64,000 nt of DNA from a virus (lineage: Duplodnaviria; Caudoviricetes): the IMG/VR virus record IMGVR_UViG_3300033072_000957, positions 17,567 through 81,566 of that record; one strand, written 5' to 3'. The notes below the pieces were generated by a model. That model was not told where the DNA came from and ran no database searches. It saw nothing but the letters and a program-made list of their open reading frames with translations. The position numbers were made by a program, and so were the translations under genes. Position 1 is the stretch's first letter. The number at the start of each line of letters is the position of its first letter. Below, piece after piece: positions 51,901 to 60,736 of this stretch.

Positions 51901-53741
51901 TTTTCTTCCCATCTTGCAGAGTTTTGTTCAGATACTTTTAAATCATATGGTGGAAACCACATAACACGACCTCCATTATTACCTCTTTCACAAGCCGGTA
52001 AGTCTTGAACTCTATATCCTGCTCTGTTAGATGTTTTCCAAGCTAAGTTTTCAATACTAAACATATATTTTTTAGCATAAAAACCACCACCGTATGGATA
52101 TTTGTCAAATATATTTGTAGAACCGTCAAATGATTTATTACCATTTGACATTGGTGCCATATTCAAATTCCAAACTCTACTTGCACCGCCCATAACAGAA
52201 CCATCAAATTTTCTAACATTTGCAGTTCTTTTCATTGTGTCAGAATAATTCATATATGAACGGTCTTTTGTCCACACACGACAATACTCAACACCACTTT
52301 CTTCTCCCGAATATTTTGTAGTATATTTGATTGCTGAACCTTTTGATATTCTAAGGTCTCCTTCACCAAAAACTCTACTAGTTTGGTCAATTACATTTGC
52401 AACGTGTGAACGAGAATCTCCACCATTCGATGGCATTGAATTTAAAATCTCTTGTGTGATTCCTAAAATAGAATCATCTCTAAAACCATATTTTGTTGAT
52501 AAACTGTCTTGTAATTTAGTAGATTCCCCACCCCATTCTTTATTACCTTCCCCTAATTTGTTTTTAGAATTTTTACTAATCCAAGTTAATTTTCCGCCAA
52601 TTGCACCGCCTTCAGTTATATTTTTACTTTGATGAAAAACTTCTGCAGCGGTCTTATCGAACATTAATGATAGATAATAACTGCTTCTAACAGGTCTATC
52701 ATTAAAATCATTCATCGCATATTTTACATCATTACCTCTATCATCTCCAATATATGCAACACCTGCGGGTGCTTCCATACCCAATACATTTTTTATACCC
52801 TGTGCTGCTCTATCAACAAAATTGAAAAGTTTTGATGAATTCTGCGACCTTGCACTTGTGGTATAGTTTGGTGCGTATTTGTTAAATGTTAATGTATTAT
52901 ATAAACTATTTTTTTGACCTTGACCCAAATATTCAATCATAAGGTCGGAAGGTTTTCTACTTAATTTAGGTCTTCTTTGTATTCCAATTAATGAACCTAA
53001 TGCACCTGTTACATCTTGCCATAATTTACCTACTTCAGTAGATGCTTGTGGTCTGTAATTAATTGGGTTTGCCGGATTACTTAAATAATCACCTGGTATT
53101 TCACTAAAAGGTGCGGTGATTCCTGCAACTGTTTCTAAGAAATCAATTGCTTTACCGGGTAAAGTTTTGGCTACGGTAATTTGATTGTTCGCTTCAATTA
53201 ATGGTTCTCTACCTGTTAAGATATTAATAGCAGTACTTGTATTACCATTTAATGCATCTAATAATCTAATTTTACCATCAGTCGCCGCTTGAATATTTCT
53301 ACTAATTCTTGAGAATACCGGTCCATTTGGATTGTTTCTCATATTATCAGCAGCAAATTTGAATAACTCAGATTCGGTGTCATAATTACTATTGGACATA
53401 ATACTAATAAAAGTATGATTACCCATAGAAAAATATGGACTACCGTTATAATATAATTGAAGATTTGCTCTTCTTTGATAACTGTCTAATGTATCTGTTA
53501 TAAAAAATTCAAGTGGTTTAAAGATGTTGGTATTTTGAACATCCAATAATTGAACACCTCTATCGAACCCATCAGAAGTCTTAATAACATCGCCAAGTTC
53601 CTTGTTTGGTAAATCACTAGTATTTTGAAGTTGGTATGTTGCACTTGTTTGCGTTTGAGGGCCATTAGGTTGTTGTAATGTTTTACCTAATATGTAATCT
53701 CTAAACCTTTTTGTTGAATCAAAATCTAAGTAACTTGGCAT
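48969..53741 (-). CDS. Large tail-tube initiator/hub-like protein
   Basis: FIGRPEPIFTYQNTSRSGQISF and PPICVVRIGDFY...PMIANVSL tube-fold motifs; follows tape measure. Confidence 0.6.
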   Translation of the reverse strand: MPSYLDFDSTKRFRDYILGKTLQQPNGPQTQTSATYQLQNTSDLPNKELGDVIKTSDGFDRGVQLLDVQNTNIFKPLEFFITDTLDSYQRRANLQLYYNGSPYFSMGNHTFISIMSNSNYDTESELFKFAADNMRNNPNGPVFSRISRNIQAATDGKIRLLDALNGNTSTAINILTGREPLIEANNQITVAKTLPGKAIDFLETVAGITAPFSEIPGDYLSNPANPINYRPQASTEVGKLWQDVTGALGSLIGIQRRPKLSRKPSDLMIEYLGQGQKNSLYNTLTFNKYAPNYTTSARSQNSSKLFNFVDRAAQGIKNVLGMEAPAGVAYIGDDRGNDVKYAMNDFNDRPVRSSYYLSLMFDKTAAEVFHQSKNITEGGAIGGKLTWISKNSKNKLGEGNKEWGGESTKLQDSLSTKYGFRDDSILGITQEILNSMPSNGGDSRSHVANVIDQTSRVFGEGDLRISKGSAIKYTTKYSGEESGVEYCRVWTKDRSYMNYSDTMKRTANVRKFDGSVMGGASRVWNLNMAPMSNGNKSFDGSTNIFDKYPYGGGFYAKKYMFSIENLAWKTSNRAGYRVQDLPACERGNNGGRVMWFPPYDLKVSEQNSARWEENSFIGRPEPIFTYQNTSRSGQISFKVVVDHPSILNLLVREHFKGMSDEEADNYINAFFAGCEEIDFYSLIQTYTTLDSSDITLIKQYLNAGKNATTIKKFKYVTDPVTYPKPPVDQNGTDNKPVTFDERLYFPNDFPKSNSSQNTLANMTFADIYNDYKGSQSRFVTNLENDLDELFSISGTTNGKKDITTIFGKEDPTNGGTIAQSTLKQSQVDIITSGFTQLETSYNKLITSLSGLTTDIKNKKVEEVTITVSTSTSEVADNTYNFYLGVRRFHSILRTIFKQIGNGGKYPNIEDEKNWYKKSDLSKFEKSGTDILKKEYKFSDFGYDGVEGKLIFALNTNGEDSSLKNVGGKESINCNQKIYTKQGLKDTAPVAFYCRQGRVKMSYKRLPTKQEIIIPDIPVPKTRLEPDGETTIQNKKPPIDVMKRIIMKTLSECHYFKKLEEDSPVAFSSLKEKLRYFHPAFHSTTPEGLNSRLTFLLQCVRPGDTIPVKGMVDDLDIGARNTSFGPPPICVVRIGDFYHSKVVIRDVNITYEEGVWDLNPEGIGVQPMIANVSLQVNFIGGQGLEKPVERLQNALSSNFFANTEMYDERSEATNTKIGGEDADKFTKTFLEELQKRDGFQLTSKTDSSTANEVTQGVYIGGEPKDNKITYTDEVNMIYSATGAYFNTFQTAYNKIVTEYGTNIASLFFSPTYRTVNGLTINKPSSTETITLLGQYKVSNDLSVLSRGFKSAMDTAIQSTNLTSLFGFDKKMPNAILSNSETLLKPYVKKVVLDKIDKFSEIKSIKELESARNEVISAFDKVNFIVENEVDGKIDKEVYTQVSLSGLTNEAFYKEYSGVVDYIKKQHGDFFEDLENDINFNSPTINSTLLENLLSILLKDEKANIVKLYESDKTLFTDKIREKIGNVFSDFITTPKEKKFKLGKFPVRKNTNEIQFDTYGSTEMTDATRKEKLKKIFTKKNKLEGTLNYYRQ

Positions 53742-53770
53742 TATTTTCTTTTATCTATAAATAGATTTAT

Positions 53771-55699
53771 TTAATTTTTTGGTGGTACTATATAAGAATC
53801 GGCATCTTGGTAAATAAAGTCGTCTTTAATACTTGCATCCTTAACTATTTGTCTTCTAATTCCATCTGTGACAGTTTCACCACCTTTAAAGTTATATTCA
53901 TATCTAACTGTGGTAACTTTTTCACCCGAAGCTTTAGCAGCAGCTTCCGCCTTTTTGTTCGCTTCTTCCACCGATACCGCTTCGGTTTTACCCGCTGCAC
54001 TACCTTTTTGTTTTGTTTCAGTACCTTTTAATTTTTTAATATTTTCACTAACCCAATCATTAATATCTTTCATTCCGTTCAAAGAACCATTAACAACATT
54101 GTCGGTCATTTTTTTAACTTTATCGGCAACTTCTTCATCATTAAAACCTGCGGCTTTAGCTGCACTCTTAACGGCATTAACTGCCTGACCTCTTGCAGTT
54201 GCCGCCATAAATGCAACATCTCTTTGTATATTTTCTGTTGCGTTTAATTGTCCTCTTGCAATATCTTCAGCAGACATTTTTTCAAATGCCTCTTTATTTC
54301 TTAATAATGTTGTTTTTTGTGCTTCAGTTAAATCTTCTAATGCAACTTCAGTTGCGCCTTTAAATTCATCAGATAATGTTTTAGGAACTTCAATAACCAT
54401 CTTACCATCTTTCATTCGTGATAAGTTTGTTAAGAATTCTTTTTCGTCATCTTTCATTACAAGTCCATTCATCATTAACGCACTAGCAGCAGAAGACCTT
54501 TCAGCCGAAGCTATTGCACCTTTTGCTAATTCATCATAACTAATACCAAGTTCTTGAGCCATCGCTTTCGCTTTTCTCAAATTAACACCTGTAATTTCGA
54601 ATCTACCTTGTTCTTGATTGTATGTTGCTAATGAACCTGCAGCACCAATTAATGCATCTTGTAAACCTTCAACATTGTTTGTTGCCATATACATTAATTT
54701 AAGTGGGTCATTGAAGTCTCCAATTGCACCACCCAATACTTGTAAATTTGCCGATAATTCTAATGCACTTTCAGGACTGAATACTTTGTCTGCAATTTTA
54801 AAAACTTCAGACATACTCATTCTGAACTCTAATGATTTTTGAACCATTCTGTTCAATCCTTGAACACCATTGGCAAAACCAAATTCATTTAGTTTACCTA
54901 AATCAGTTCTTAATAATTCTGTTGTTTTCTTTGAATTTAATCCTAAAGATAATGAACTAACTCCCGCCTTTTCGATTCCTTGCATCGCCTCTTTAGCTCC
55001 AACACCAACTCTTTCAAATTCATTGAATACTTTACCCATATCAGATAAGTCTCCAACAAATGCTCTTGCTATTTTTGCAGATTCTTGAATTGTTTCTTGG
55101 GATATCATATTAAAACGACCACTCTCTCCCATTAAGTTGGTCATCATTGATGTTAATTGGTCAATACCATATCCTAATCTTAAAGTTGCAGGATATGCCG
55201 ACATCATCTCTTCTCTTACTCCTCTTGATAATTCACCCTGTAAACCTACTTGTTCATTAATAGTGGTTCTTAATTGAGCCTCTTGTTCTAATTGAGTTGC
55301 GATTCCTTCCCCTATATTTGATATTGCTCTACCTAATACATCTTTAATTCCACCTATCTTACCACCCTTTTCATTTAATACATCTAAAACATCATTTATA
55401 CGAGTAAATTCTTTATCGTCATAACCTGTCGTCTGTACTTTTTGTGTATTCAATAAACCTTTAAGAAAATCATTTCCTTTTGCAACAAATCCTGGTTTAC
55501 TTCCTCCATCGTCACCTGATCCACCTCCACTATCACTTCCAGAATAATCTCCATTCTCGTCTAATTTTGCATAGTACCCCATTTTACTTGCAATTGTTGC
55601 ACCATCCGATTTTGAATTTTTGTACTTTTTATACAATTTTTCAAATTCGTCGGGGTCTCTTCTCGCCGCCCTAATCAGTTCTTTATCCTGTGAGTTCAT
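53771..55699 (-). CDS. Tape measure protein
   Basis: Ala/Leu/Glu-rich helical 642 aa directly downstream of tube and chaperone. Confidence 0.7.
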   Translation of the reverse strand: MNSQDKELIRAARRDPDEFEKLYKKYKNSKSDGATIASKMGYYAKLDENGDYSGSDSGGGSGDDGGSKPGFVAKGNDFLKGLLNTQKVQTTGYDDKEFTRINDVLDVLNEKGGKIGGIKDVLGRAISNIGEGIATQLEQEAQLRTTINEQVGLQGELSRGVREEMMSAYPATLRLGYGIDQLTSMMTNLMGESGRFNMISQETIQESAKIARAFVGDLSDMGKVFNEFERVGVGAKEAMQGIEKAGVSSLSLGLNSKKTTELLRTDLGKLNEFGFANGVQGLNRMVQKSLEFRMSMSEVFKIADKVFSPESALELSANLQVLGGAIGDFNDPLKLMYMATNNVEGLQDALIGAAGSLATYNQEQGRFEITGVNLRKAKAMAQELGISYDELAKGAIASAERSSAASALMMNGLVMKDDEKEFLTNLSRMKDGKMVIEVPKTLSDEFKGATEVALEDLTEAQKTTLLRNKEAFEKMSAEDIARGQLNATENIQRDVAFMAATARGQAVNAVKSAAKAAGFNDEEVADKVKKMTDNVVNGSLNGMKDINDWVSENIKKLKGTETKQKGSAAGKTEAVSVEEANKKAEAAAKASGEKVTTVRYEYNFKGGETVTDGIRRQIVKDASIKDDFIYQDADSYIVPPKN

Positions 55700-55716
55700 A
55701 TGTTATAAATAGATGA

Positions 55717-55869
55717 TTATTCACTTTCAAGTGATATAAGATGCTGAATATAATATCTTCTTATATAGACAGGCATAGTAAGAATATCTCCATAGGAGAA
55801 TCCTCTTTTAATTAGAAATAAAATTTCATCTAATTGTCCTTGTCTATACTCCGTAGAAAGGGCGAAAAA
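55717..55869 (-). CDS. Frameshift-accessed chaperone extension (lambda gpT/T4 gp51-like)
   Basis: Open +1 frame FFALSTEYRQGQLDEILFLIKRGFSYGDILTMPVYIRRYYIQHLISLESE*, with no early start codon; begins at a T6-C run. Confidence 0.65.
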   Translation of the reverse strand, partial: FFALSTEYRQGQLDEILFLIKRGFSYGDILTMPVYIRRYYIQHLISLESE

Positions 55870-56593
55870 ACTCAACCCCGAATCCAATTTCAACTTGGAT
55901 TGTGTCTCCTGACGGGGTGATTGCTGATTGGGTTAAATCTAACCCCGGTTTATTATCCTTAACGAATTTTCTAAAATCTTGTGAATCTTTTATCGGTAGA
56001 TTTTCAATAAACTGATGTATTGACATTAATTCTCTGATACCTTTTACTGATTTAATCATCATTGCAAGTTGCTTAGTGATGATTGGTGCCGCTCCAATAC
56101 CATTCCAATTATTTTCAATATCTTCTAATTCCTTTTGTTGCTTTTTGTTTAAAAATTTAAACGTAATATCAACATTACTTTTTTCCATAAAATAAGGATA
56201 TTCACCATTACTATCTTCAGTTAATGTGAAATCTTTAATTTTTAATGTTGATAAATCGACATCAAATGAAAACTGTTCATTTGTTTTTGGGTCGGTGGTT
56301 CTAATTGTGTAAGATGAACCAAATGCTGTATTTCTTAAAAATATTAAAATAGCTTCTTTGTCTTCCTCAACCAAATCATCAATAGATAAATCTTTATCTA
56401 AGATTTTTCTTTTTAATAATTCTTCAACGACTTTACCTGACGATATTAAACTTGCAGAAGATAAAATGTTTTCATCTGCCGCAGTTAAAAATCCTACTCT
56501 AACTGATTTCTTTTTATTTTGATAATGAATACCTTTACTTGGTAATTCAACAACATCGTATGCGATTGTTGGGTCAATTCTGAAGTCTTCCAT
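55844..56593 (-). CDS. Tail/baseplate assembly chaperone (gp26-like)
   Basis: ELPSKG..Y...LTAADENIL motif; position between tube and tape measure. Confidence 0.7.
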   Translation of the reverse strand: MEDFRIDPTIAYDVVELPSKGIHYQNKKKSVRVGFLTAADENILSSASLISSGKVVEELLKRKILDKDLSIDDLVEEDKEAILIFLRNTAFGSSYTIRTTDPKTNEQFSFDVDLSTLKIKDFTLTEDSNGEYPYFMEKSNVDITFKFLNKKQQKELEDIENNWNGIGAAPIITKQLAMMIKSVKGIRELMSIHQFIENLPIKDSQDFRKFVKDNKPGLDLTQSAITPSGDTIQVEIGFGVEFFRPFYGV

Positions 56594-56635
56594 AATATAA
56601 GTTTATACTATAACTACGAGAAAGTAAAGTTTTTA

Positions 56636-56689
56636 AAATAAAAAATCCGATAACCTATTAGACAGATTTACTAATTTGGTTATCGGATT
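56636..56689 (-). terminator. Long hairpin terminator after tail tube gene
   Basis: Perfect 12-bp AATCCGATAACC/GGTTATCGGATT stem, T-rich tail on minus strand. Confidence 0.75.
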
Positions 56690-56711
56690 GATTAATATGA
56701 GAATTAAAATA

Positions 56712-57200
56712 TTAGTATACTAAGATACATCTATCCATTCTTAAAGTTGCACTGATATCAGCTAAAGCATCTTGGCTATAATCTAAAGAACCAAAATCTA
56801 AACCAGTTAAGAATGTACCTTGAAGAATCCACTTTTCCACAACAACACCTGTTGGGTCAAGCATTTCTAATTCAATGTCTTTTTTGTAACCCGCAGCATA
56901 TCCCATACGACCTGTTACTGACTCTGCGTGTAAACGGAACCATTCCATCAACGCTTGAGCAGCTGAAGGACCGATTGGGTCTTTAAATTTAACTGAGATA
57001 GATTCCCATTTAAATCTACCCGCAACATATGTTGAAGTGTTTAAGAAAGGTATTTCAGTTTCTGCGATTGTTGCTTTAGGTCTTGAAGCCGATGTTACAT
57101 ACCACTCGTTGATACCCAATGATGATGGGAATCTTAGGATAAATCGGTTCTGTCTTTTCGGTTCATAAGGAACCGGCATTTTCATTAGTAAATCTGCCAT
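56712..57200 (-). CDS. Tail tube protein (gp19-like)
   Basis: EPKRQNRF, AGRFKWE, YKKDIELEMLDP.G.VVEKW.L.G. Confidence 0.9.
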   Translation of the reverse strand: MADLLMKMPVPYEPKRQNRFILRFPSSLGINEWYVTSASRPKATIAETEIPFLNTSTYVAGRFKWESISVKFKDPIGPSAAQALMEWFRLHAESVTGRMGYAAGYKKDIELEMLDPTGVVVEKWILQGTFLTGLDFGSLDYSQDALADISATLRMDRCILVY

Positions 57201-57332
57201 TTTGTATTTGTTAAGTTTTTTGTTATTACTTTCTTATAAATATATTGTATTTGGAAATAATTTTTTTTCGATAACTATTGTCAAATACTTGATTTTATCA
57301 ATTTTTTTGTTTAGTTTTTTACAGGCTCCAGT

Positions 57333-57398
57333 ATCTAGTTCTAGAATAAATAAATTAATATAAAATATAATAATAAATACTAGTATATCTAGTTCTAG
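57333..57398. repeat. Direct repeat ATCTAGTTCTAG (x2) plus TACTAGTA palindrome in AT-rich intergenic region
   Basis: Copies at 57333-57344 and 57387-57398; palindrome at 57378-57385. Confidence 0.75.
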
Positions 57399-57439
57399 TA
57401 TTCTGGGTAAAATATAACAATATAATTTTTATAAAAATT

Positions 57440-57455
57440 GGTTCCGCGTGGAACA
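57440..57455. promoter_or_regulatory. parS-like palindrome
   Basis: GGTTCCGCGTGGAACA, 14/16 identical to TGTTCCACGTGGAACA. Confidence 0.4.
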
Positions 57456-57480
57456 TAGTCCACCAATAGGTGTCTCTATA

Positions 57481-57508
57481 AACAGAAAAGGTCCCATAAT
57501 CGGGACCT
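57481..57508 (-). terminator. Intrinsic terminator after sheath gene
   Basis: AGGTCCC-(6 nt)-GGGACCT followed by TTTTCTGTT on minus strand. Confidence 0.8.
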
Positions 57509-57531
57509 CTTCTTTTATTTCTCCTTTTAGA

Positions 57532-60450
57532 TTAGATATTCTCAAATGAAGCTCCTGTCGGAGTAATTACGAATTCTACATCAATAAATTCAAGAGAACG
57601 AGTTGGTTTGATATAAATCTTACCTCTTAAAGTGTTTGCATCAATGTCTTCTGGGTCATTAGATACACTAACTTTAAATTCGTATAGACCTCTTTCTTTC
57701 TTAATTGATTCAAGAATTGGGTTAACCAATCTTAAGAATTCTTGTCTCACTTGTTCATCGTTTTGTTCAAACAATAATCTAACAGCAACTGCAGATATTA
57801 ATTTTCTTGCTCTCAATAACAATCTTCTTACGTTAATTCTATCAAGTGCAGACTCTCTAACTTGTAACGTTTTGTTACCCCAAATAATTGTTCCCGTATC
57901 TGAGAATGTTGCGATTGGGTTAACTCTGTTTTTATAAAGAGTGTCTCTTTCATCAAGAGTTAATTTTTTATTTGCTTTAACTGCATTTACAATACCTCTT
58001 GAATAACCTGCCACTGCGAACCAAGGATATGATACGTTGTCAGTCATTGCGATATTCTTTAATACTTCACCTGTTGGTGGAATGTAAAGCTGAGTTGCAT
58101 TATCAGTGTCTCTTACTTGAATCCAAGGCCAATATGTTGCTGAGTAGTTAGAGTCGATAGATACATTATCTAATTCATCAGTTATACCTTCGGCGCTTGA
58201 AATAAATTCAGGTCCTGGTGCGTTTATGATGTATAATGAATCCGCTCTATCATTTTCAATCATATCGATTGCTTGACTAACTAATGAACTATGATTAGAC
58301 CAATCAATACCTGGAGTTGCAAACACATTTATGTCAACAGCTTCAGGATTTGCAAATGTTTGAATACCATCTAAATAAGCGTAGTAGTCAGAATTTGCAG
58401 TAGATGAAGTTGTACCAAAAACACCATTATGGTCTTGGTCATTGTTTGTATAAGTTGTCTTACCAAATATGAAACCATCACCATTTGTTCTTGTTTCTCT
58501 GTAGATATCCCAACCGTCTCTACCACCACTAACCGCTAAAGTAAATTTACGATTAGCTAAAGTTGTTAATTTGTTATTAGTACCTGTTTGACCTTCTAAA
58601 TCATATGGTGTTGTTTTGTATGCATAACCTGATGGTGTTGCACCTGTTATTGTAGATGCGTTTGTAGATAAGTGGAAACCATAACTTACACCTAATCCAC
58701 TATCACCATCAACTTTACCTTTAAATTTAAATAAATCTTTATCAATACCTACTGATGATGATAAACCTAACATCACTTTTTTAACTTTATCTCCTGATTC
58801 TATGTTTTCAGAACCATTAGCGTCGTATGTTACAACATCACCAGCATCGTAGTAATCTGTTTTAAACATTACAGAACCTAAAGTATTTGAACTACCAAAA
58901 TCCCCATTTGTTGGGAATCCTTTAAAACCAGCAGGAATTGCATCTGTAGGGTGATTACTTGCTAAACTTAACATTACATATTTTGAACGTAATTCATATT
59001 CGCCATCAGACGTACCAATTTTTCTACCGATATATCCTGGTAAATCAGGGTTCATAGAACATCTTGAATACTTTTCAAGAATAACTTGATTGTCATCTGT
59101 ATCGTTAAAATCACGAATAATAACATCAAATTCTGCTGTATCTAAATTAACGTTTTGAATAGTTACTTTTACTTGATAATTGGCACTTTCACCATCAGCA
59201 ATTGTAATTAATTGGAATAAATCCGATACTTTTCCACCTCTAACTTCAGAAACTACCATTGGTGATAATGTAGTGTCCCATTGTCTCATAAAGTCTTCAC
59301 TATCTAAATTGTAAACCTCATCTAAACTTAAACCTCTAATTTCACCTCTTTGGTATGCAGCTTTTAATAATTTTGGATATGCTTCATAAACATAAAGTGG
59401 GAAATCTGATCTTGATTTATCAAAAACATCAGTACCTAAAACCTTAGAAATATATTTTGTGGATGTCGAATCTAATGAACAAGTATAAGATTTAGCTCCA
59501 CCAGTTGCACCTGTTACATTAACTGTGAACTCACCCAATGGGTTTGATTCAATATCAACACCTGATACTTCTGAAATTGTAAATCCTGTGCTTGCATTTA
59601 CCTCATAAACTAAAGTATTACCACTATAATGACCTCTAGGTCTTAAAGCTGCAACTACCACATTATGATAATCTTCATTTAACGATGCAGTATATTTCCA
59701 TCTTGTAACGTCAAATGTAGTTGTACCACTATTATAAACAAATTTGTAAGAATATACACCATCGATTGTTGTATCTTCTGAACCTGTTTTTGTAAACAAT
59801 GTGTTATACCATTCTTTATTGTTGTTATTACTACTATTTTTTAAATTTGTTAATGGAGATACTTGTTCTAATGTTGAAGAATTTGTTGTTCCTGAACTTG
59901 GAACTAATCCCATAACAAACCATTTTCCGTGGTCAGCACTTGTATAACCACTAAAATTTTTAACTATATAATCGGTAATAGTTGTAGAACCATCATAAGA
60001 TGTCTTACCTGAAAGTTCAGCATATACTGCACTACTTGTAATACTAACTGTAGTTGCACTCATAGTGGTTGCCGAATATGAAAGTGGTGAAGTACTACCA
60101 AGAGTAACACCACCAAGGGCTTTGATACCGAAAGTGTTATACGGATTATATCCAGTCAATCCTAAAACTCTTGTTACGAATAATTGATTTGACTCTTGTA
60201 AATAAGATTTCGCTACGTAAGGTAATTCGTATTTTGGGTTTCCGTTACTAAATTTAACAGGAGAAGTACCACCAAAATACGTTTTGAATTCGTCAAAATT
60301 CGAAACTAAGATAGGTTCAAATGCGGGACCTTTTAAAGTTTCACCCACAAGACCCAAAGTAGTTACCCCGACGCTCTGCGCTACGAATGTTAGATCCTTC
60401 TCTGATGTGTACACACCTGGAGACACGAATACTCTGTTTGAATTTGCCAT
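57532..60450 (-). CDS. Contractile tail sheath protein (gp18-like)
   Basis: SPGVYTSEKD, GETLKGPAFEP, YWPWI, PWFAVAG.RG, WGNKTL, RINVRRL, IKPTRSLEFI. Confidence 0.95.
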   Translation of the reverse strand: MANSNRVFVSPGVYTSEKDLTFVAQSVGVTTLGLVGETLKGPAFEPILVSNFDEFKTYFGGTSPVKFSNGNPKYELPYVAKSYLQESNQLFVTRVLGLTGYNPYNTFGIKALGGVTLGSTSPLSYSATTMSATTVSITSSAVYAELSGKTSYDGSTTITDYIVKNFSGYTSADHGKWFVMGLVPSSGTTNSSTLEQVSPLTNLKNSSNNNNKEWYNTLFTKTGSEDTTIDGVYSYKFVYNSGTTTFDVTRWKYTASLNEDYHNVVVAALRPRGHYSGNTLVYEVNASTGFTISEVSGVDIESNPLGEFTVNVTGATGGAKSYTCSLDSTSTKYISKVLGTDVFDKSRSDFPLYVYEAYPKLLKAAYQRGEIRGLSLDEVYNLDSEDFMRQWDTTLSPMVVSEVRGGKVSDLFQLITIADGESANYQVKVTIQNVNLDTAEFDVIIRDFNDTDDNQVILEKYSRCSMNPDLPGYIGRKIGTSDGEYELRSKYVMLSLASNHPTDAIPAGFKGFPTNGDFGSSNTLGSVMFKTDYYDAGDVVTYDANGSENIESGDKVKKVMLGLSSSVGIDKDLFKFKGKVDGDSGLGVSYGFHLSTNASTITGATPSGYAYKTTPYDLEGQTGTNNKLTTLANRKFTLAVSGGRDGWDIYRETRTNGDGFIFGKTTYTNNDQDHNGVFGTTSSTANSDYYAYLDGIQTFANPEAVDINVFATPGIDWSNHSSLVSQAIDMIENDRADSLYIINAPGPEFISSAEGITDELDNVSIDSNYSATYWPWIQVRDTDNATQLYIPPTGEVLKNIAMTDNVSYPWFAVAGYSRGIVNAVKANKKLTLDERDTLYKNRVNPIATFSDTGTIIWGNKTLQVRESALDRINVRRLLLRARKLISAVAVRLLFEQNDEQVRQEFLRLVNPILESIKKERGLYEFKVSVSNDPEDIDANTLRGKIYIKPTRSLEFIDVEFVITPTGASFENI

Positions 60451-60540
60451 CGATTGTTGTTTGGTTAATTTATTTTATTACTTAATCTATAAATATCTTT
60501 GTTTTTAGCAAAGATTTCCGTACTTTTTTCAAAAAAGATA

Positions 60541-60580
60541 CTTATTTATCCTTTTTTATCTTTATTTATCTTTAGTTATG
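60541..60580 (+). promoter_or_regulatory. 10-bp-period direct repeats upstream of small RHH-like gene
   Basis: cttatttatc / cttttttatc / tttatttatc / tttagttatg. Confidence 0.45.
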
Positions 60581-60736
60581 GAAAACAAAACAAAAAATGT
60601 AAAAATTAGTGAAAAGCATCACGAAATGTTAAAAAACCATTGTGAAAAAAATGGATTAAAAATTTATTCCGTATTAGAAAAATTTATAGAAGAATTGTGT
60701 AAACCTAAAAAGAAGGACATATATGGTGAATCTTAG
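60578..60736 (+). CDS. 52-aa ribbon-helix-helix-like protein (below ORF-track cutoff)
   Basis: MENKTKNVKISEKHHEMLKNHCEKNGLKIYSVLEKFIEELCKPKKKDIYGES*; alternating NVKIS strand followed by two helices. Confidence 0.65.
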   Translation: MENKTKNVKISEKHHEMLKNHCEKNGLKIYSVLEKFIEELCKPKKKDIYGES

